Below, piece after piece: positions 1 through 11,068 of a DNA stretch of 64,000 nucleotides; position 1 is the first letter of the stretch, and each line of letters opens with the position of its first letter. The translations under genes and the position numbers were made by a program. The stretch comes from Bifidobacterium breve (GTDB lineage Bacteria; Actinomycetota; Actinomycetes; S36-B12; UBA5976), in the NCBI GenBank assembly GCA_945866135.1, contig CAMBGF010000001.1:24805-88804 (forward strand), in the 5' to 3' direction. The notes under the pieces are model-generated. The model saw nothing but the letters and a program-made list of their open reading frames with translations, searched no databases and had not been told where the DNA came from.

Positions 1-1
1 A

Positions 2-478
2 ATTGGCGAAGTTGGATCTGGCTTCAGTATTGCAATGAACACTTTGGACCACAGCCGAATTGCAATTGCGGCGCAAGCAGTTGGAATTGCGCAAGGCGCG
101 CTAGATTTTGCAGCTGGGTACATCAAAGAGCGAAAGCAATTCGGTAAAGCAATTGCAGACTTCCAGGGAATTCAATTTATGGTTGCTGACATGGCGATGA
201 AACTTGAAGCAGCTCGTCAACTGACTTATGCAGCAGCAGCCCGAAGTGAACGTGGCGATGCTGACTTAACATTCTTTGGCGCTGCTAGTAAGTGCTTCGC
301 ATCAGATGTTGCCATGGAAATTACAACTGATGCGGTGCAATTACTCGGTGGCTATGGTTATTCGCGCGATTATCCCGTAGAGCGAATGATGCGGGATGCA
401 AAAATTACCCAAATCTATGAAGGAACAAATCAAGTTCAGCGAATCGTAATGTCACGACACACGCTCGCATCTCGATAA
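2..478 (+). CDS. Acyl-CoA dehydrogenase, C-terminal part (5' end outside window)
   Basis: Frame open from the window start; motifs [30 protein letters not shown]. Confidence 0.93.
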   Translation: MGEVGSGFSIAMNTLDHSRIAIAAQAVGIAQGALDFAAGYIKERKQFGKAIADFQGIQFMVADMAMKLEAARQLTYAAAARSERGDADLTFFGAASKCFASDVAMEITTDAVQLLGGYGYSRDYPVERMMRDAKITQIYEGTNQVQRIVMSRHTLASR

Positions 479-481
479 CAC

Positions 482-1681
482 ATGTCTAAAGCAGCGCCGG
501 ATAAACTGCGCAGAGATGCCCTTGGAATTTTGACTGCTGCAGTTGCTGCGCAATTGGCAGTCTCGGCAGCCCAACAAGGACTTCCCGCGCTTGGCCCAAT
601 TTTGGCAAGTACTTTTAATTTGACCACAGCAGGCGTTGGGTTATTGCTCGGAACCATCAGCTTAGGTACTGCCACTGCCGTTATCTTCTGGGGAAAACTC
701 GCGGACCGAATTAATGATCGGTTAGTTGCAGTACTCGGTCTGCTTGGGACAGCAACTTGCTTTGCGGTTGCAGCATTTTTTGAAACTTCCGAAGTAGCAC
801 ATTTCGCAATTATTTTTGCCGGCATCATGATGGCAGCGCCAACAGTTGCAATGACCAAAGGTTTAGCTAGAAATTTTGTTCATCTTGGAAATATCGGCTT
901 TGCGTTATCAACTCGACAAGCAGCAGTACCTGTTGGCGGGGTAATTGGAGGCTTAGTACTTACTGGGATTGCAGTTTCCTATGGGCTCAGTGCTGCGCTT
1001 TATGCGTTAGCTGCCTTAATTGTTATTGGCGGATTGTTCGTGATCTTTGCGCCGGCAGGAATCCCTGAACCACCGCGAATGAGCACCGAAAACCTGCCAC
1101 CCGTAAATTGGAAAAGACTTGCGCCAATTCTTATTGCAGCCGCATTCTTTTGCCTTACCCAACTTGGAATTGTTGCACTTTTAACGTTGTATTTAAGTTC
1201 TAGTCGGGGCTGGTCGCCAACTCATGCCGGTCAACTTTATGCATTAATGATGGCCTGCGTTATTCCACTTCGGATTCGATTGGGTGTAATTAGCGATCGT
1301 TATCCAGATAAGCGCGTAAATTTCCAGATCGTAATCGCATTACTTGGCGCAGTTTTACTTTTACTGTGCGCAGTATTGGAGCAGTACGCAATAGTTGTGC
1401 CACTTCTATTCTTGGCTGGAATTACTGCGATGGGTTGGAATGGCTTACTTTTTACTACTGCAGTAGTTGCAGTTCCATCCCAACGCGTTGGCTATACCCA
1501 AGGCGTTCTGCATAGTTTCATTTTTGCAGCTGGGGGATTGTCGCCCATAATCATGTCGCGGATTGTGCAATCTTTCAGTTGGCAGGCGGCCTGGACCGTA
1601 ATGGCGATATGCTCAGTTATGGCTGCCGTTTCATTGCGTAGATTTGATGCCAGCCCAGCAACCATTGAGGAAATAGCATGA
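482..1681 (+). CDS. MFS transporter
   Basis: 399 aa, about 12 hydrophobic segments, MFS motif A-like GKLADRINDR. Confidence 0.85.
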   Translation: MSKAAPDKLRRDALGILTAAVAAQLAVSAAQQGLPALGPILASTFNLTTAGVGLLLGTISLGTATAVIFWGKLADRINDRLVAVLGLLGTATCFAVAAFFETSEVAHFAIIFAGIMMAAPTVAMTKGLARNFVHLGNIGFALSTRQAAVPVGGVIGGLVLTGIAVSYGLSAALYALAALIVIGGLFVIFAPAGIPEPPRMSTENLPPVNWKRLAPILIAAAFFCLTQLGIVALLTLYLSSSRGWSPTHAGQLYALMMACVIPLRIRLGVISDRYPDKRVNFQIVIALLGAVLLLLCAVLEQYAIVVPLLFLAGITAMGWNGLLFTTAVVAVPSQRVGYTQGVLHSFIFAAGGLSPIIMSRIVQSFSWQAAWTVMAICSVMAAVSLRRFDASPATIEEIA

Positions 1682-4065
1682 CGAAGCAACGAGTAGATAC
1701 CGAATTGTTGGATGAAATCCAGCGCCGGGTGTTATGGCTTGCGGTTCGCATGGTGGACTTTGCAAACCGGGAACGCGCTGAAAAAGATGACGTAAAAGTA
1801 GGTGGTCACCAAGCATCGAGTGCCTCCCTGACTTCAATCATGACAGCGCTTTACTTCGATCACTTAGCAGGACCAGATCGAGTCAGTGTTAAGCCGCATG
1901 CCTCACCGGTATTTCACGCCATTCAATACCTGCTTGGAAATTTAGATGAAAGTTACCTAACTCGACTTCGAGAATTTGGTGGCCTGCAGTCTTACCCATC
2001 CCGCACCAAAGATCCGGATACACCAGATTTTTCAACTGGTTCTGTTGGACTAGGCGCAGCTGCGCCACTGTTTGCAGCAGCAACACGGCGTTATGTTGAT
2101 TCACATTTTGGCGAGCGACCACATTCTCGTTTTATCGCATTGATTGGCGATGCGGAATTAGATGAAGGCAATGTTTGGGAAGCAGTTGCTGATCCTGCTA
2201 CCACCGAACTTGGAAATGTTATGTGGGTTGTCGACTTTAATCGCCAGTCACTTGATCGCGTTATTCCAGGAATTCGAATAGTCCAGTGGCGGGCGCAATT
2301 TGAGGCAGCCGGTTGGCATGTAGTCGAAGTTAAGTATGGCAAGAAGTTGCACGCAAAATTCGAACAGAAATTTGGCAAGGAACTTGAATCCTGGATCGAT
2401 GCCATGGCCAATGAGCAGTACCAATCTTTATTTGGATTTCGTGGCGCAGAATTACGCGAACGTTTCTTAGATGGCGCGCCAGCGGAAGTTGGACTTTCGG
2501 TAGCAGAATTAGATGATGCGCAACTTTATGAATTAGTTACCGACTTAGGTGGTCACAACTTAGATAGTTTGCGCGATGCGTTTGATTTGTGCGACTCGGT
2601 GACAGATCGACCAAGCGTAGTTTTTGCCTACACAATTAAAGGCTGGGGATTGCCAATGGCAGGTAACCCTCGCAATCATTCAGCCTTGTTATCTGGGGAG
2701 CAAGTAGACACTTTTCGCGGCGAGCTTGGCTTAACTAGTCAAAACGAATGGTCTGCATTCGAGCCACAAAGCGCGGCTGGGGTATTGGCTGCCCAGCGCC
2801 GCAAACTTCTTCACAAACCCCTCATACATAAAGGCGTTGAACTAAATGTGCCAGCACCTGAAGTTGCCACTGGAACTAAACCGCTAAGTACGCAGGAAGC
2901 TTTTGGTCGTGTCCTAGTTGATCTTTCGCGCATCGAAGAAATCAATAAGTATTTAGTTACAACTGCGCCTGATGTTGCTACTTCAACCAATCTTGCCGGG
3001 TTCATAAATCGAAACGGAATTTATTCACCTACTGAGCGTCGGGCCTGGAATGAGGACCCGATGCTGAAGTGGGCTGAAGGTCCAACGGGACAACATATCG
3101 AACTTGGCATTAGTGAAATGAACTTGTTCCTGCTGCTTGGCCAGCTTGGATTGTCGTGGGATTTATCTGACCAACCCTTGATTCCAATTGGCACAGTTTA
3201 TGACCCATTTGTTGCTCGTGGCTTAGATGCTTTTATTTACGGAACGTACTCTGCTTCTCGTTTCATTATTGCTGGCACACCAAGTGGAGTAACCCTGGCA
3301 CCAGAAGGTGGGGCGCATCAATCGACGATCACCGCTTCCATTGGCATGGAATTGCCGGGGGTAACTTTTATTGAACCAACTTATGGCACTGCGCTTAGTT
3401 GGTTGTTGGCTGATGCAATAACTCGTGTTGCTGCTGGACCATCTGAACAAAAAACGGCGGCGCCTTACGATGATGGCGCATTCTATTTCCGGTTAACCAC
3501 AAGACCAATTGACCAAGCGCCATTTGAGGCAGCACGTAAACGTATCGGAGACGCAGTTTTGCGCCGCCAAGTAATGTCTGGTGGCTACCGATTATTTGAT
3601 GCCTTTGAACAATTCCCAGATTTACGCAACTCAGATGGCAGCGAGCGCGTGCCGATGGTGCATTTAGTTGCATCAGGGGCGGTAATGCCAGAAGTTTTGG
3701 CAGCAGCAAATGAACTTTGCAGTGAAGGTGTGGCAGCCCACGTAGTTGATGTAACGAGCGCCGATCGCTGGTATGGAGCTTGGCAACGAACTTTGCGCCA
3801 AGCTGTACGCACCGCATCTGCGCCGTCTTTGCCAGGCCCACTTTGGTCAGTTATTGGCGATCGCGCGCCGATCGTTACGATTCAAGATGCCTCAAGCCAC
3901 GCCATGGCTTGGATGGGTTCGGCCATTGGTGTGCCATGCGTGTCACTAGGCGTGGACTCATTTGGTCAATCTGGAACCATCAAGGATTTGTACAACATAA
4001 ATGATCTGTCGTCCGGTGCGATCGTTAATGCAGCTCTTGCTTCGCTAGCGCTTGATAATCGATGA
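1678..4065 (+). CDS. ThDP-dependent AceE-like (pyruvate dehydrogenase E1/transketolase-like) enzyme
   Basis: GGHQASSAS, KPHASP, GLQSYP, STGSVGLG, ThDP motif GDAELDEG..N, EGGAHQS; ATGA overlap with upstream MFS gene. Confidence 0.85.
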   Translation: MTKQRVDTELLDEIQRRVLWLAVRMVDFANRERAEKDDVKVGGHQASSASLTSIMTALYFDHLAGPDRVSVKPHASPVFHAIQYLLGNLDESYLTRLREFGGLQSYPSRTKDPDTPDFSTGSVGLGAAAPLFAAATRRYVDSHFGERPHSRFIALIGDAELDEGNVWEAVADPATTELGNVMWVVDFNRQSLDRVIPGIRIVQWRAQFEAAGWHVVEVKYGKKLHAKFEQKFGKELESWIDAMANEQYQSLFGFRGAELRERFLDGAPAEVGLSVAELDDAQLYELVTDLGGHNLDSLRDAFDLCDSVTDRPSVVFAYTIKGWGLPMAGNPRNHSALLSGEQVDTFRGELGLTSQNEWSAFEPQSAAGVLAAQRRKLLHKPLIHKGVELNVPAPEVATGTKPLSTQEAFGRVLVDLSRIEEINKYLVTTAPDVATSTNLAGFINRNGIYSPTERRAWNEDPMLKWAEGPTGQHIELGISEMNLFLLLGQLGLSWDLSDQPLIPIGTVYDPFVARGLDAFIYGTYSASRFIIAGTPSGVTLAPEGGAHQSTITASIGMELPGVTFIEPTYGTALSWLLADAITRVAAGPSEQKTAAPYDDGAFYFRLTTRPIDQAPFEAARKRIGDAVLRRQVMSGGYRLFDAFEQFPDLRNSDGSERVPMVHLVASGAVMPEVLAAANELCSEGVAAHVVDVTSADRWYGAWQRTLRQAVRTASAPSLPGPLWSVIGDRAPIVTIQDASSHAMAWMGSAIGVPCVSLGVDSFGQSGTIKDLYNINDLSSGAIVNAALASLALDNR

Positions 4066-4970
4066 CAAATCTGACAACACCAACAAAGTCACACACTGCA
4101 CTTTTCATAACAGTCTCAGTTCTCTTTGGTGGCAATTACATGTGGGCGCATTTTGCCTTACAGTCGTTTTCAGCACTTGAAGTGGCCTGGGGTCGAACCG
4201 TACTGGCGGCAGCGACTCTGGCTGTGGTAGTTCTGGTCACCAAGGATCATTACCCGCGCGGTAAAGAAATTTGGATCAAGTTAAACGTTGCAGCATTGCT
4301 ATTTAACACAGTTTCTTTTGTTGGCATGGCAACTGCGGTAAGTCGAATCACTACTGTTCAAGTGAGTATCTGGAATGCACTAGTGCCGTTGGTGACCCTT
4401 GGTTTTGTGCTGGTATTTATTCCAGAAGAAAACCCAACTTGGCGCCGAATAACTGGTTTGAGCATGGGTTTCTTAGGGGCCTTGTTCATTGCTCACCCTT
4501 GGTCAGGCCTTGGTGATTTTGACGCATTAGGTACTGGAGCAATCATGGTCGGAACTACGAGCTATGCAGCAGGACTTGTGTATGCCCGGCGAAACTTTGC
4601 CAATGTTAGCGATACACCAGCATCAATTGCTGCTGGCCAAATGCTTTGTGCGTCAATTCATTTCACTTTAATCTTGCCTTGGTTTGTAACCATTACAACT
4701 GATGCCTCAACGATTTCCATCGTCTCAATGTTGATTCTCGGGATTGTTGGTACGGGCATCACCTACATCATGATTCAAACTTTAATTAAGCAATCCGGCG
4801 CAGGTGTTGCCAGTGACACTACTTATGTGATTTTGTTTGTGGCAATTGTGCTGGGCATAGTTGTGCTGGGCGAGGAATTGAACGTCTGGCAGATTATTGG
4901 TTCAGGCTTTATTCTGATCGGGCTTGTGATAATTAATCGCAAAGAAAAAACCTCTGTAATCACGCCTTAG
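4062..4970 (+). CDS. EamA/DMT family transporter
   Basis: 302 aa, about 10 TM segments, C-terminal LGEEL..WQIIG motif. Confidence 0.85.
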   Translation: MTNLTTPTKSHTALFITVSVLFGGNYMWAHFALQSFSALEVAWGRTVLAAATLAVVVLVTKDHYPRGKEIWIKLNVAALLFNTVSFVGMATAVSRITTVQVSIWNALVPLVTLGFVLVFIPEENPTWRRITGLSMGFLGALFIAHPWSGLGDFDALGTGAIMVGTTSYAAGLVYARRNFANVSDTPASIAAGQMLCASIHFTLILPWFVTITTDASTISIVSMLILGIVGTGITYIMIQTLIKQSGAGVASDTTYVILFVAIVLGIVVLGEELNVWQIIGSGFILIGLVIINRKEKTSVITP

Positions 4971-4987
4971 TGGCTACGGAGGTTTTT
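4946..4987. terminator. Probable bidirectional terminator between the convergent DMT gene and betA
   Basis: Imperfect inverted repeat AAAAACCTCTGTAATCAC / GTGGCTACGGAGGTTTTT flanked by A and T tracts. Confidence 0.55.
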
Positions 4988-4995
4988 CGTTAGTT

Positions 4996-6642
4996 CTAGT
5001 TCTTAAACCAATCAACATATTCTGGCGCTAGTGGAGTCTTTTCCTGAATCAAATCTGCTGCGCGTTCGGCAACCATCATGGTTGGGGCATAGAGATTTGC
5101 ATTTGTTACGTATGGAAATACTGATGCATCAACCACGTATAAGCCTTCAACACCATGAACCTTCATAGTGTTTGGATCTACTACGCTCATTTCATCGGTG
5201 CCCATTTTCGCAGTGCATGATGGGTGGTAGGCAGTCTCGGCATCTTTAGCTACCCATTCAAGAATTTCCTCTGGTGTTTGCACGCTTGGGCCAGGGGAGA
5301 GTTCACCGTCACTGTATTTATCAAATGCGGACTGCGCCAAGATGTTTCGCGTAACTTGAATGGCTTCTACCCATTCGCGCCGGTCCTGTTCAGTTGAAAG
5401 GTAATTAAACAAGATCGAAGGTTTAGCCATCGGATCAGCACTTTTTATTTCAATTCGTCCGCGAGCATCCGAATACATCGGCCCAACATGAACTTGGTAT
5501 CCGTGTCCTTGCTCAATTCCAGTTCCGTCATAACGCACTGCAATCGGCAAAAAGTGATACATCAAGTTTGGGTACTTAACCGTGTCGTTAGAACGAGCAA
5601 AGCCGCCACCTTCAAAGTGATTTGTCGCGCCCGGCCCCTTACGCGCGAATAACCAGGCAGCCCCAATGAATGGTCGCTTCCAAATCTTAAGATTTGGGTT
5701 CATGGTTATTGGCAGTTTGCAGGCATGCTGGATGTAAACCTCGAGGTGATCCTGCAAGTTTTGTCCAACACCTGGCAAATCTTTTACAACGGCAATGCCA
5801 TGCTTCTTCAAAAGTTCCGCTGGACCGATTCCAGAAAGCTGAAGTACTTGCGGGGTATTAATTGCGCCACCACAAAGAATCACATTCTTGGCTCGATACT
5901 CCGTTATTTTCTTGCCACGTTGAGCAACTACCCCAACAGCTTTATCGCCTTCGAAAATAACTCGGTGCACTTGATGACGAGTCTGAATTGTTAGATTTTT
6001 ACGACTCATTACAGGATGCAGGTACGCCGTTGCAGAAGACCAGCGTCGACCGTTTTTTACGTTCTTATCAAAAGGTCCAAAGCCCTCTTGGCTGTAACCA
6101 TTGACATCAGCAGTGCGCTTGAATCCAGCAGATTCGGCAGCGTCAAAGAAAGCTTTAAAAAGTGGATTCTTTGCTGGTCCTTTTTCTAAATAAAGTGGGC
6201 CGTCATGGCCACGGTAAACCTTGTCATTTGGAACGCCAGTCGCATTTTCCATTTTCTTAAAGTAAGGCAGGCAGTGCGCGAAGTCCCAGTTCGCCATACC
6301 TTTATCGCTAGCCCAACGCTGGTAATCAAGGGGGTTACCGCGCTGGAAAATCATGCCATTTATGGAACCTGACCCGCCAAGTATTTTGCCGCGGCCCTGG
6401 AATACCCGGCGGCCATTCATGTGTGGTTCAGGATCAGTTTCATACAACCAGTCATAGAACTTATTACCAATTGGAAATGTCAGTGCAGCTGGCATTTGGA
6501 TGTAAACATCCCACCACGAGTCTTTGCGACCCGCTTCCAGAACTAGAACTTCGTTATCTGGATTTTCGGAAAGTCGATTGCCAAGTACTGAGCCAGCAGA
6601 ACCGCCGCCAATTATTAAATAGTCATATTCCTTTGTTTCCAT
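4996..6642 (-). CDS. betA: Choline dehydrogenase (GMC oxidoreductase)
   Basis: GGGSAG FAD motif, [21 protein letters not shown]; betaine gene context. Confidence 0.93.
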   Translation of the reverse strand: METKEYDYLIIGGGSAGSVLGNRLSENPDNEVLVLEAGRKDSWWDVYIQMPAALTFPIGNKFYDWLYETDPEPHMNGRRVFQGRGKILGGSGSINGMIFQRGNPLDYQRWASDKGMANWDFAHCLPYFKKMENATGVPNDKVYRGHDGPLYLEKGPAKNPLFKAFFDAAESAGFKRTADVNGYSQEGFGPFDKNVKNGRRWSSATAYLHPVMSRKNLTIQTRHQVHRVIFEGDKAVGVVAQRGKKITEYRAKNVILCGGAINTPQVLQLSGIGPAELLKKHGIAVVKDLPGVGQNLQDHLEVYIQHACKLPITMNPNLKIWKRPFIGAAWLFARKGPGATNHFEGGGFARSNDTVKYPNLMYHFLPIAVRYDGTGIEQGHGYQVHVGPMYSDARGRIEIKSADPMAKPSILFNYLSTEQDRREWVEAIQVTRNILAQSAFDKYSDGELSPGPSVQTPEEILEWVAKDAETAYHPSCTAKMGTDEMSVVDPNTMKVHGVEGLYVVDASVFPYVTNANLYAPTMMVAERAADLIQEKTPLAPEYVDWFKN

Positions 6643-7490
6643 TACAGATTTCCTTCAGCAGTATCTACCACGTTTGCTAACAACATGGCGCGAGTCATCG
6701 GTCCAGTGCCACCTGGCATTGGCGCGATCCAGCCAGCAACTTGTGCGCAGGCAGGATCTATATCGCCAAGTAATCCAGCATCGGTTCGAGTAATACCGAC
6801 ATCAACTAGGGCAGCACCGGATTTGATCATGCTGGGCTTAATAAAATGTGGCACTCCTGCGGCCGCAACCACGATGTCAGCACGTTTAATGTGCGCCGCC
6901 ATATCTTTAGTTCCAGTGTGGCAAAGCGTGACAGTTGCATTCTCACTGCGCCGAGTGAGCAACAGGCCAAGTGGGCGACCAACGGTTACACCACGACCAA
7001 TAATGCAAACTTCGGCGCCATCAATATTTACGCCGAAGGCGCGAAGCAATTCAACAATTCCGCGAGGTGTGCAGGGAAGGGGCGCTGGTTCACCGAGTAC
7101 TAACCGACCTAAGTTAGTCGGATGAAGTCCATCAGCATCTTTTCGCGGATCAATGGCTTCGAGCGCCGCATTGGAATCGAGTCCTTTTGGTAATGGCAAC
7201 TGCACAATGTAGCCAGTGCAGGCAGGGTCAGCATTCAATCGCGCAATCGCAGCCATTACATCTTGCTGAGTTGCGGTAGCAGGTAGGTCTTCACGCACTG
7301 ATGTGATGCCAACTTCATGGCAGTCTTTGTGCTTGCCACCGACATATGAATGTGATCCTGGGTCATTGCCAACCAAGATCGTGCCAAGACCTGGATAAAT
7401 ACCCTTTGCGTGCAGCGCAGTTACGCGAGTGGCAAGGCCCTCCTTTACTTTTGCAGCAGTGGCGATTCCATCAAGAATTACGGCAGACAC
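6642..7490 (-). CDS. folD: Bifunctional methylene-THF dehydrogenase/cyclohydrolase
   Basis: [31 protein letters not shown]. Confidence 0.96.
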   Translation of the reverse strand: MSAVILDGIATAAKVKEGLATRVTALHAKGIYPGLGTILVGNDPGSHSYVGGKHKDCHEVGITSVREDLPATATQQDVMAAIARLNADPACTGYIVQLPLPKGLDSNAALEAIDPRKDADGLHPTNLGRLVLGEPAPLPCTPRGIVELLRAFGVNIDGAEVCIIGRGVTVGRPLGLLLTRRSENATVTLCHTGTKDMAAHIKRADIVVAAAGVPHFIKPSMIKSGAALVDVGITRTDAGLLGDIDPACAQVAGWIAPMPGGTGPMTRAMLLANVVDTAEGNL

Positions 7491-7513
7491 TATTCCTACT
7501 TCCGAGTAAGTAA

Positions 7514-8119
7514 TTAGAGGTATTCAACAGTTGAATCAGCTAGAACATCCCACAGATGCGTTGCAAATGATGAGCGAACAAAAATTAGATAGCAATTTTC
7601 GCAGCAATGCCAAAGAATAACTGGAGATTTCGCCATCAAGCCTTGAGTGCAAGCGTCGATTGGAAACTTAGCGTCCCGCAAATCCTGTTCCCAAACATGG
7701 CCCAGAATCTCTTTAACTTTCGGGCCATAGATTTCTAGTTTGGTGCGTTGGGCACTGACATCTACAACTGAAATATGATGCACGTTTTGCACTGGCTTTA
7801 GCAACGACTCAATGTCAGCAGTGCCGGTTAATAGCCACCAGTCAGGACCTAGGCACAGTGCACTAATTCCATGGGATTCTGGTTGCTGATCTTGGCTGAC
7901 TATGCAATCGGCGTTCTTTCGTACCACTGATCCAACTTGCGGATTCAGTGTCAATCCAAGTGCTTGGTTGACCGCCGCAAAAGCTGGCGAACTTGGATCC
8001 ACGCGCAAGTCAATGCCAGGAGTGTATGGAACTTCAGCTATGTAGATGCCTTTGTCTAATCCACCGTGCACTGCGCCACCGAGTGGGCTAGTTGCTTTGG
8101 CGCTGTTTACCTTAACCAT
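7514..8119 (-). CDS. soxG: Sarcosine oxidase gamma subunit (start moved to ATG 8119)
   Basis: [22 protein letters not shown] motifs; directly follows soxA. Confidence 0.88.
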   Translation of the reverse strand: MVKVNSAKATSPLGGAVHGGLDKGIYIAEVPYTPGIDLRVDPSSPAFAAVNQALGLTLNPQVGSVVRKNADCIVSQDQQPESHGISALCLGPDWWLLTGTADIESLLKPVQNVHHISVVDVSAQRTKLEIYGPKVKEILGHVWEQDLRDAKFPIDACTQGLMAKSPVILWHCCENCYLIFVRSSFATHLWDVLADSTVEYL

Positions 8120-10784
8120 CTCGACGCACGTTCTCCTTATCGACAAAAATTGGTTCTGTGATCACAGCAGTTTCATTGCCAATTGCAACGCGTTCGCCAA
8201 TGCGAGCCCGCCCATTGTGTACCAGTGCCAGTGCAAATGATCGATTAAGTTCACCTGAGAAATAGGAACTTGTTACATATCCAATGTGCGGAATCGGTGG
8301 CGTAGCTCCCTTATGTTGAACCTCTGCAAAGTATGAGCCTTCTGGAATTACGTATTCCCAAGTCTCCGGCAACAAGCCCACCAACTGATGTCGATCTGAT
8401 CGACTGGTGTCAGCGCGATTGAACGAGCGCTTTCCAATGAAGTCATCCTTCTTTTTGGACACAATCCAATCCATGTCAAGATCTTGTGGAGTTTGGGTTC
8501 CGTCGGTTTCTTGGCCAACAATTACGAAGCCTTTTTCAGCCCGAAGTACGTGCAAGGATTCTGTGCCGTATGGCGTCACGTCCAGCGCAGCACCTAATTC
8601 CATAACCTTGTTCCAGAGCTCTAGGCCGTACCATGCGCAGACATTTATCTCGTATGCAAGTTCGCCTGAGAAAGATATTCGAGCTATGCGGGCTGGAATT
8701 CCAGCAACATCGCCATACTTGTTCTCCATGAATGCAAAGCCTTCTTTGGATACCTCGAGGCTAGGTGACAACAGCGCTAGCAGTTCACGACTCTTTGGCC
8801 CAACTATGGCAACAGTTGCAATTTGTTCCGTTACTGATGTGCAAAATACTTCAAGGTGTGGCCATTCAGTCTGCAACCATTCTTCGAGCCAGTCCATAAC
8901 TTTTGCAGCTCCACCAGTGGTTGTTGTCATCAGCCAATGATTTTCGCCAAGTCTCGTTGTTACGCCATCGTCAAAGACCATGCCATCGACACCGCACATT
9001 AAGCCGTATCTACTCATGCCAACTTTGAGAGTCGAGAACATGTTGGTGTAAACCTGATCTAGGAAAGCACCCGCATCTTTTCCTTGAATATCAATTTTGC
9101 CCAAAGTGCTGGCATCCATAACAGCTACGCCGTTACGCGCAGCTCGACATTCCCGCAAAACTGCAGAATGTAGATCCTCGCCCGGCTTTGGAAAAAACCA
9201 AGGACGCTTCCATTGCCCGACATCTTCCATCGGAGCGCCGGCAGCAACATGCCATGGGTGTATTGATGTAGTGCGAATTGGTTCGGTATGTAATCCACGT
9301 TCTCGGCCAGCCAGCGCTGCAAAGGGGACAGCAATGTACGGTGGGCGAAAGGTTAGCGAACCAATTTCATCAGGTTCTAATCCAACTAGATTGCCAATCA
9401 GGCCCATAGTTAGCGTGCCGCTAGTTTTACCCTGATCGTGCGCGGTACCAATTGCGGTGTAACGCTTAACATGTTCAATACTGATCATGCCAGCGCCAAC
9501 TGCACGACGAAGATCGCGCAAGGTTGCATCACGCTGATGATCTACATAGGCGACTAAGCCTTGCGTATCGTCAAGTTTGGGACCAAAGAAGACGGCTGGT
9601 TCATATTCTTCAAAATCCCCAGCCAACATGCCAACCGTGCTGATGCTCTTAACTTTTGAGCGCACAATGAACGCTGCTCGTTTTTTGCTCCAAGTTGGTT
9701 TGATTCCGATGTAGGTAGCTAAGTGAACTGTTGGAGTCCAGCCACCTGAAATTGCAAGTAAGTCAGTAGAAATCGTCTCTCTTAATCCAGACTTAGGATC
9801 ATTGATGACAACGCTGGAAAGAATTCCATCCAAAGTGCCATTGGTATCAAGTGCGGTGGCACCTTTTATGATTCGAATTCCAAGTTTCGCAGCTGGTTTG
9901 CGAGCAGATTTATTACTGGCCTTGGATAACTTCTTTCGGACATCAACAATTGCAAGAACTCGAACCCCAGATTTGTGCAATCGGATTGCATCGGTGTAGC
10001 CCTGATTATCTACCGTGATAACGACAGCAGTCTTGAACATTGTTACGCCACGTTCGACATAAGTAGCGCCAGCATGGGAAAGCATGATCCCTGGACGATC
10101 GTTGTTTGCAAAAACAAGCGGTCTTTGGAAAGCACCAGTTGCCAGGACAGTGTGTTCAGCGCGAACGTGCCAAGTGCGAATTCTGGCAACATCCGTTGAA
10201 ACTTTGCTGTTGATGTGATCAGTCCGGCGTTCTACTGCAACGGCATAACCTTGGTCATAAGTTCCAATTACTGTGGTGCGCTGCAGGTGCAGAACATTTT
10301 TGCGGGTGAGGGCAGAGAGCAGTTCAGGAGGAATTGTCTCACCACATTGTTGGGCGTGACCGCCAACTTCAGGTTTGTCATCCATGATAATTACGGTCTT
10401 GCCTTGATCGGCGTATTTTTTCGCTTCGGCTAAACCAGCTAACCCGGCACCCACCACTAAAACATCCGCATACCGATAAGCCCGGTCGTACCGAGAAAGA
10501 TCACGAGTATCTGGCAAGTCACCAATTCCTGAAAGACTGCGCGCCACAAGGCCGTCAGTAATTTCAACCGTCGTTGCTTGCACCATAGGTTCACCAGCAC
10601 CTGAATCAATGTTTACTAGAGCATTTGGTTCATCAATCCAAAGACTCATGATTCCACGTGGTCGGTCTCTGTAGGTACTGTCAGTGAAATGCAATACGCC
10701 ATTTCGTAATAGGGCAGTCGCTAGTGAATCACCAGCTTGGCCAACGTAATCGACTCCATCAAACTTGAAAGTTACATTGCTCAT
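8112..10784 (-). CDS. soxA: Sarcosine oxidase alpha subunit
   Basis: GDSLATALL, RPRGI, GAGLAGL, EHVKRYT, DQGK; C-terminal GcvT-like domain (DASTLGKI, FSGELAYE, LRAEKG). Confidence 0.94.
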   Translation of the reverse strand: MSNVTFKFDGVDYVGQAGDSLATALLRNGVLHFTDSTYRDRPRGIMSLWIDEPNALVNIDSGAGEPMVQATTVEITDGLVARSLSGIGDLPDTRDLSRYDRAYRYADVLVVGAGLAGLAEAKKYADQGKTVIIMDDKPEVGGHAQQCGETIPPELLSALTRKNVLHLQRTTVIGTYDQGYAVAVERRTDHINSKVSTDVARIRTWHVRAEHTVLATGAFQRPLVFANNDRPGIMLSHAGATYVERGVTMFKTAVVITVDNQGYTDAIRLHKSGVRVLAIVDVRKKLSKASNKSARKPAAKLGIRIIKGATALDTNGTLDGILSSVVINDPKSGLRETISTDLLAISGGWTPTVHLATYIGIKPTWSKKRAAFIVRSKVKSISTVGMLAGDFEEYEPAVFFGPKLDDTQGLVAYVDHQRDATLRDLRRAVGAGMISIEHVKRYTAIGTAHDQGKTSGTLTMGLIGNLVGLEPDEIGSLTFRPPYIAVPFAALAGRERGLHTEPIRTTSIHPWHVAAGAPMEDVGQWKRPWFFPKPGEDLHSAVLRECRAARNGVAVMDASTLGKIDIQGKDAGAFLDQVYTNMFSTLKVGMSRYGLMCGVDGMVFDDGVTTRLGENHWLMTTTTGGAAKVMDWLEEWLQTEWPHLEVFCTSVTEQIATVAIVGPKSRELLALLSPSLEVSKEGFAFMENKYGDVAGIPARIARISFSGELAYEINVCAWYGLELWNKVMELGAALDVTPYGTESLHVLRAEKGFVIVGQETDGTQTPQDLDMDWIVSKKKDDFIGKRSFNRADTSRSDRHQLVGLLPETWEYVIPEGSYFAEVQHKGATPPIPHIGYVTSSYFSGELNRSFALALVHNGRARIGERVAIGNETAVITEPIFVDKENVRRDG

Positions 10785-11059
10785 ACTGGTCTCTTTGGTT
10801 GCTCGGTAAATGGTTTATACGTCGGGCCAAATTCGTGAGTTATGGTGTTGCGCCAAACGTTAAACCAGCGTCGACATCCAGCAGAATGCACCCAACGCTC
10901 GGCATGCCAGCCCTTTGGATTTTCTCTAATAAAGACAAACTTCGACCATTCTTCATCAGTCGCGCTTGCCGGATCTGGATAAAAGATATTTGCGCCAGCG
11001 CCGTAGTGAAATTCAGTTTCATCACGTGGGCCGCAGTAAGGGCATGGAATGTGTAACAT
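10781..11059 (-). CDS. soxD: Sarcosine oxidase delta subunit
   Basis: CPYCG...H..GCRRWF zinc motif. Confidence 0.95.
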   Translation of the reverse strand: MLHIPCPYCGPRDETEFHYGAGANIFYPDPASATDEEWSKFVFIRENPKGWHAERWVHSAGCRRWFNVWRNTITHEFGPTYKPFTEQPKRPV

Positions 11060-11068
11060 TTCAGACTC

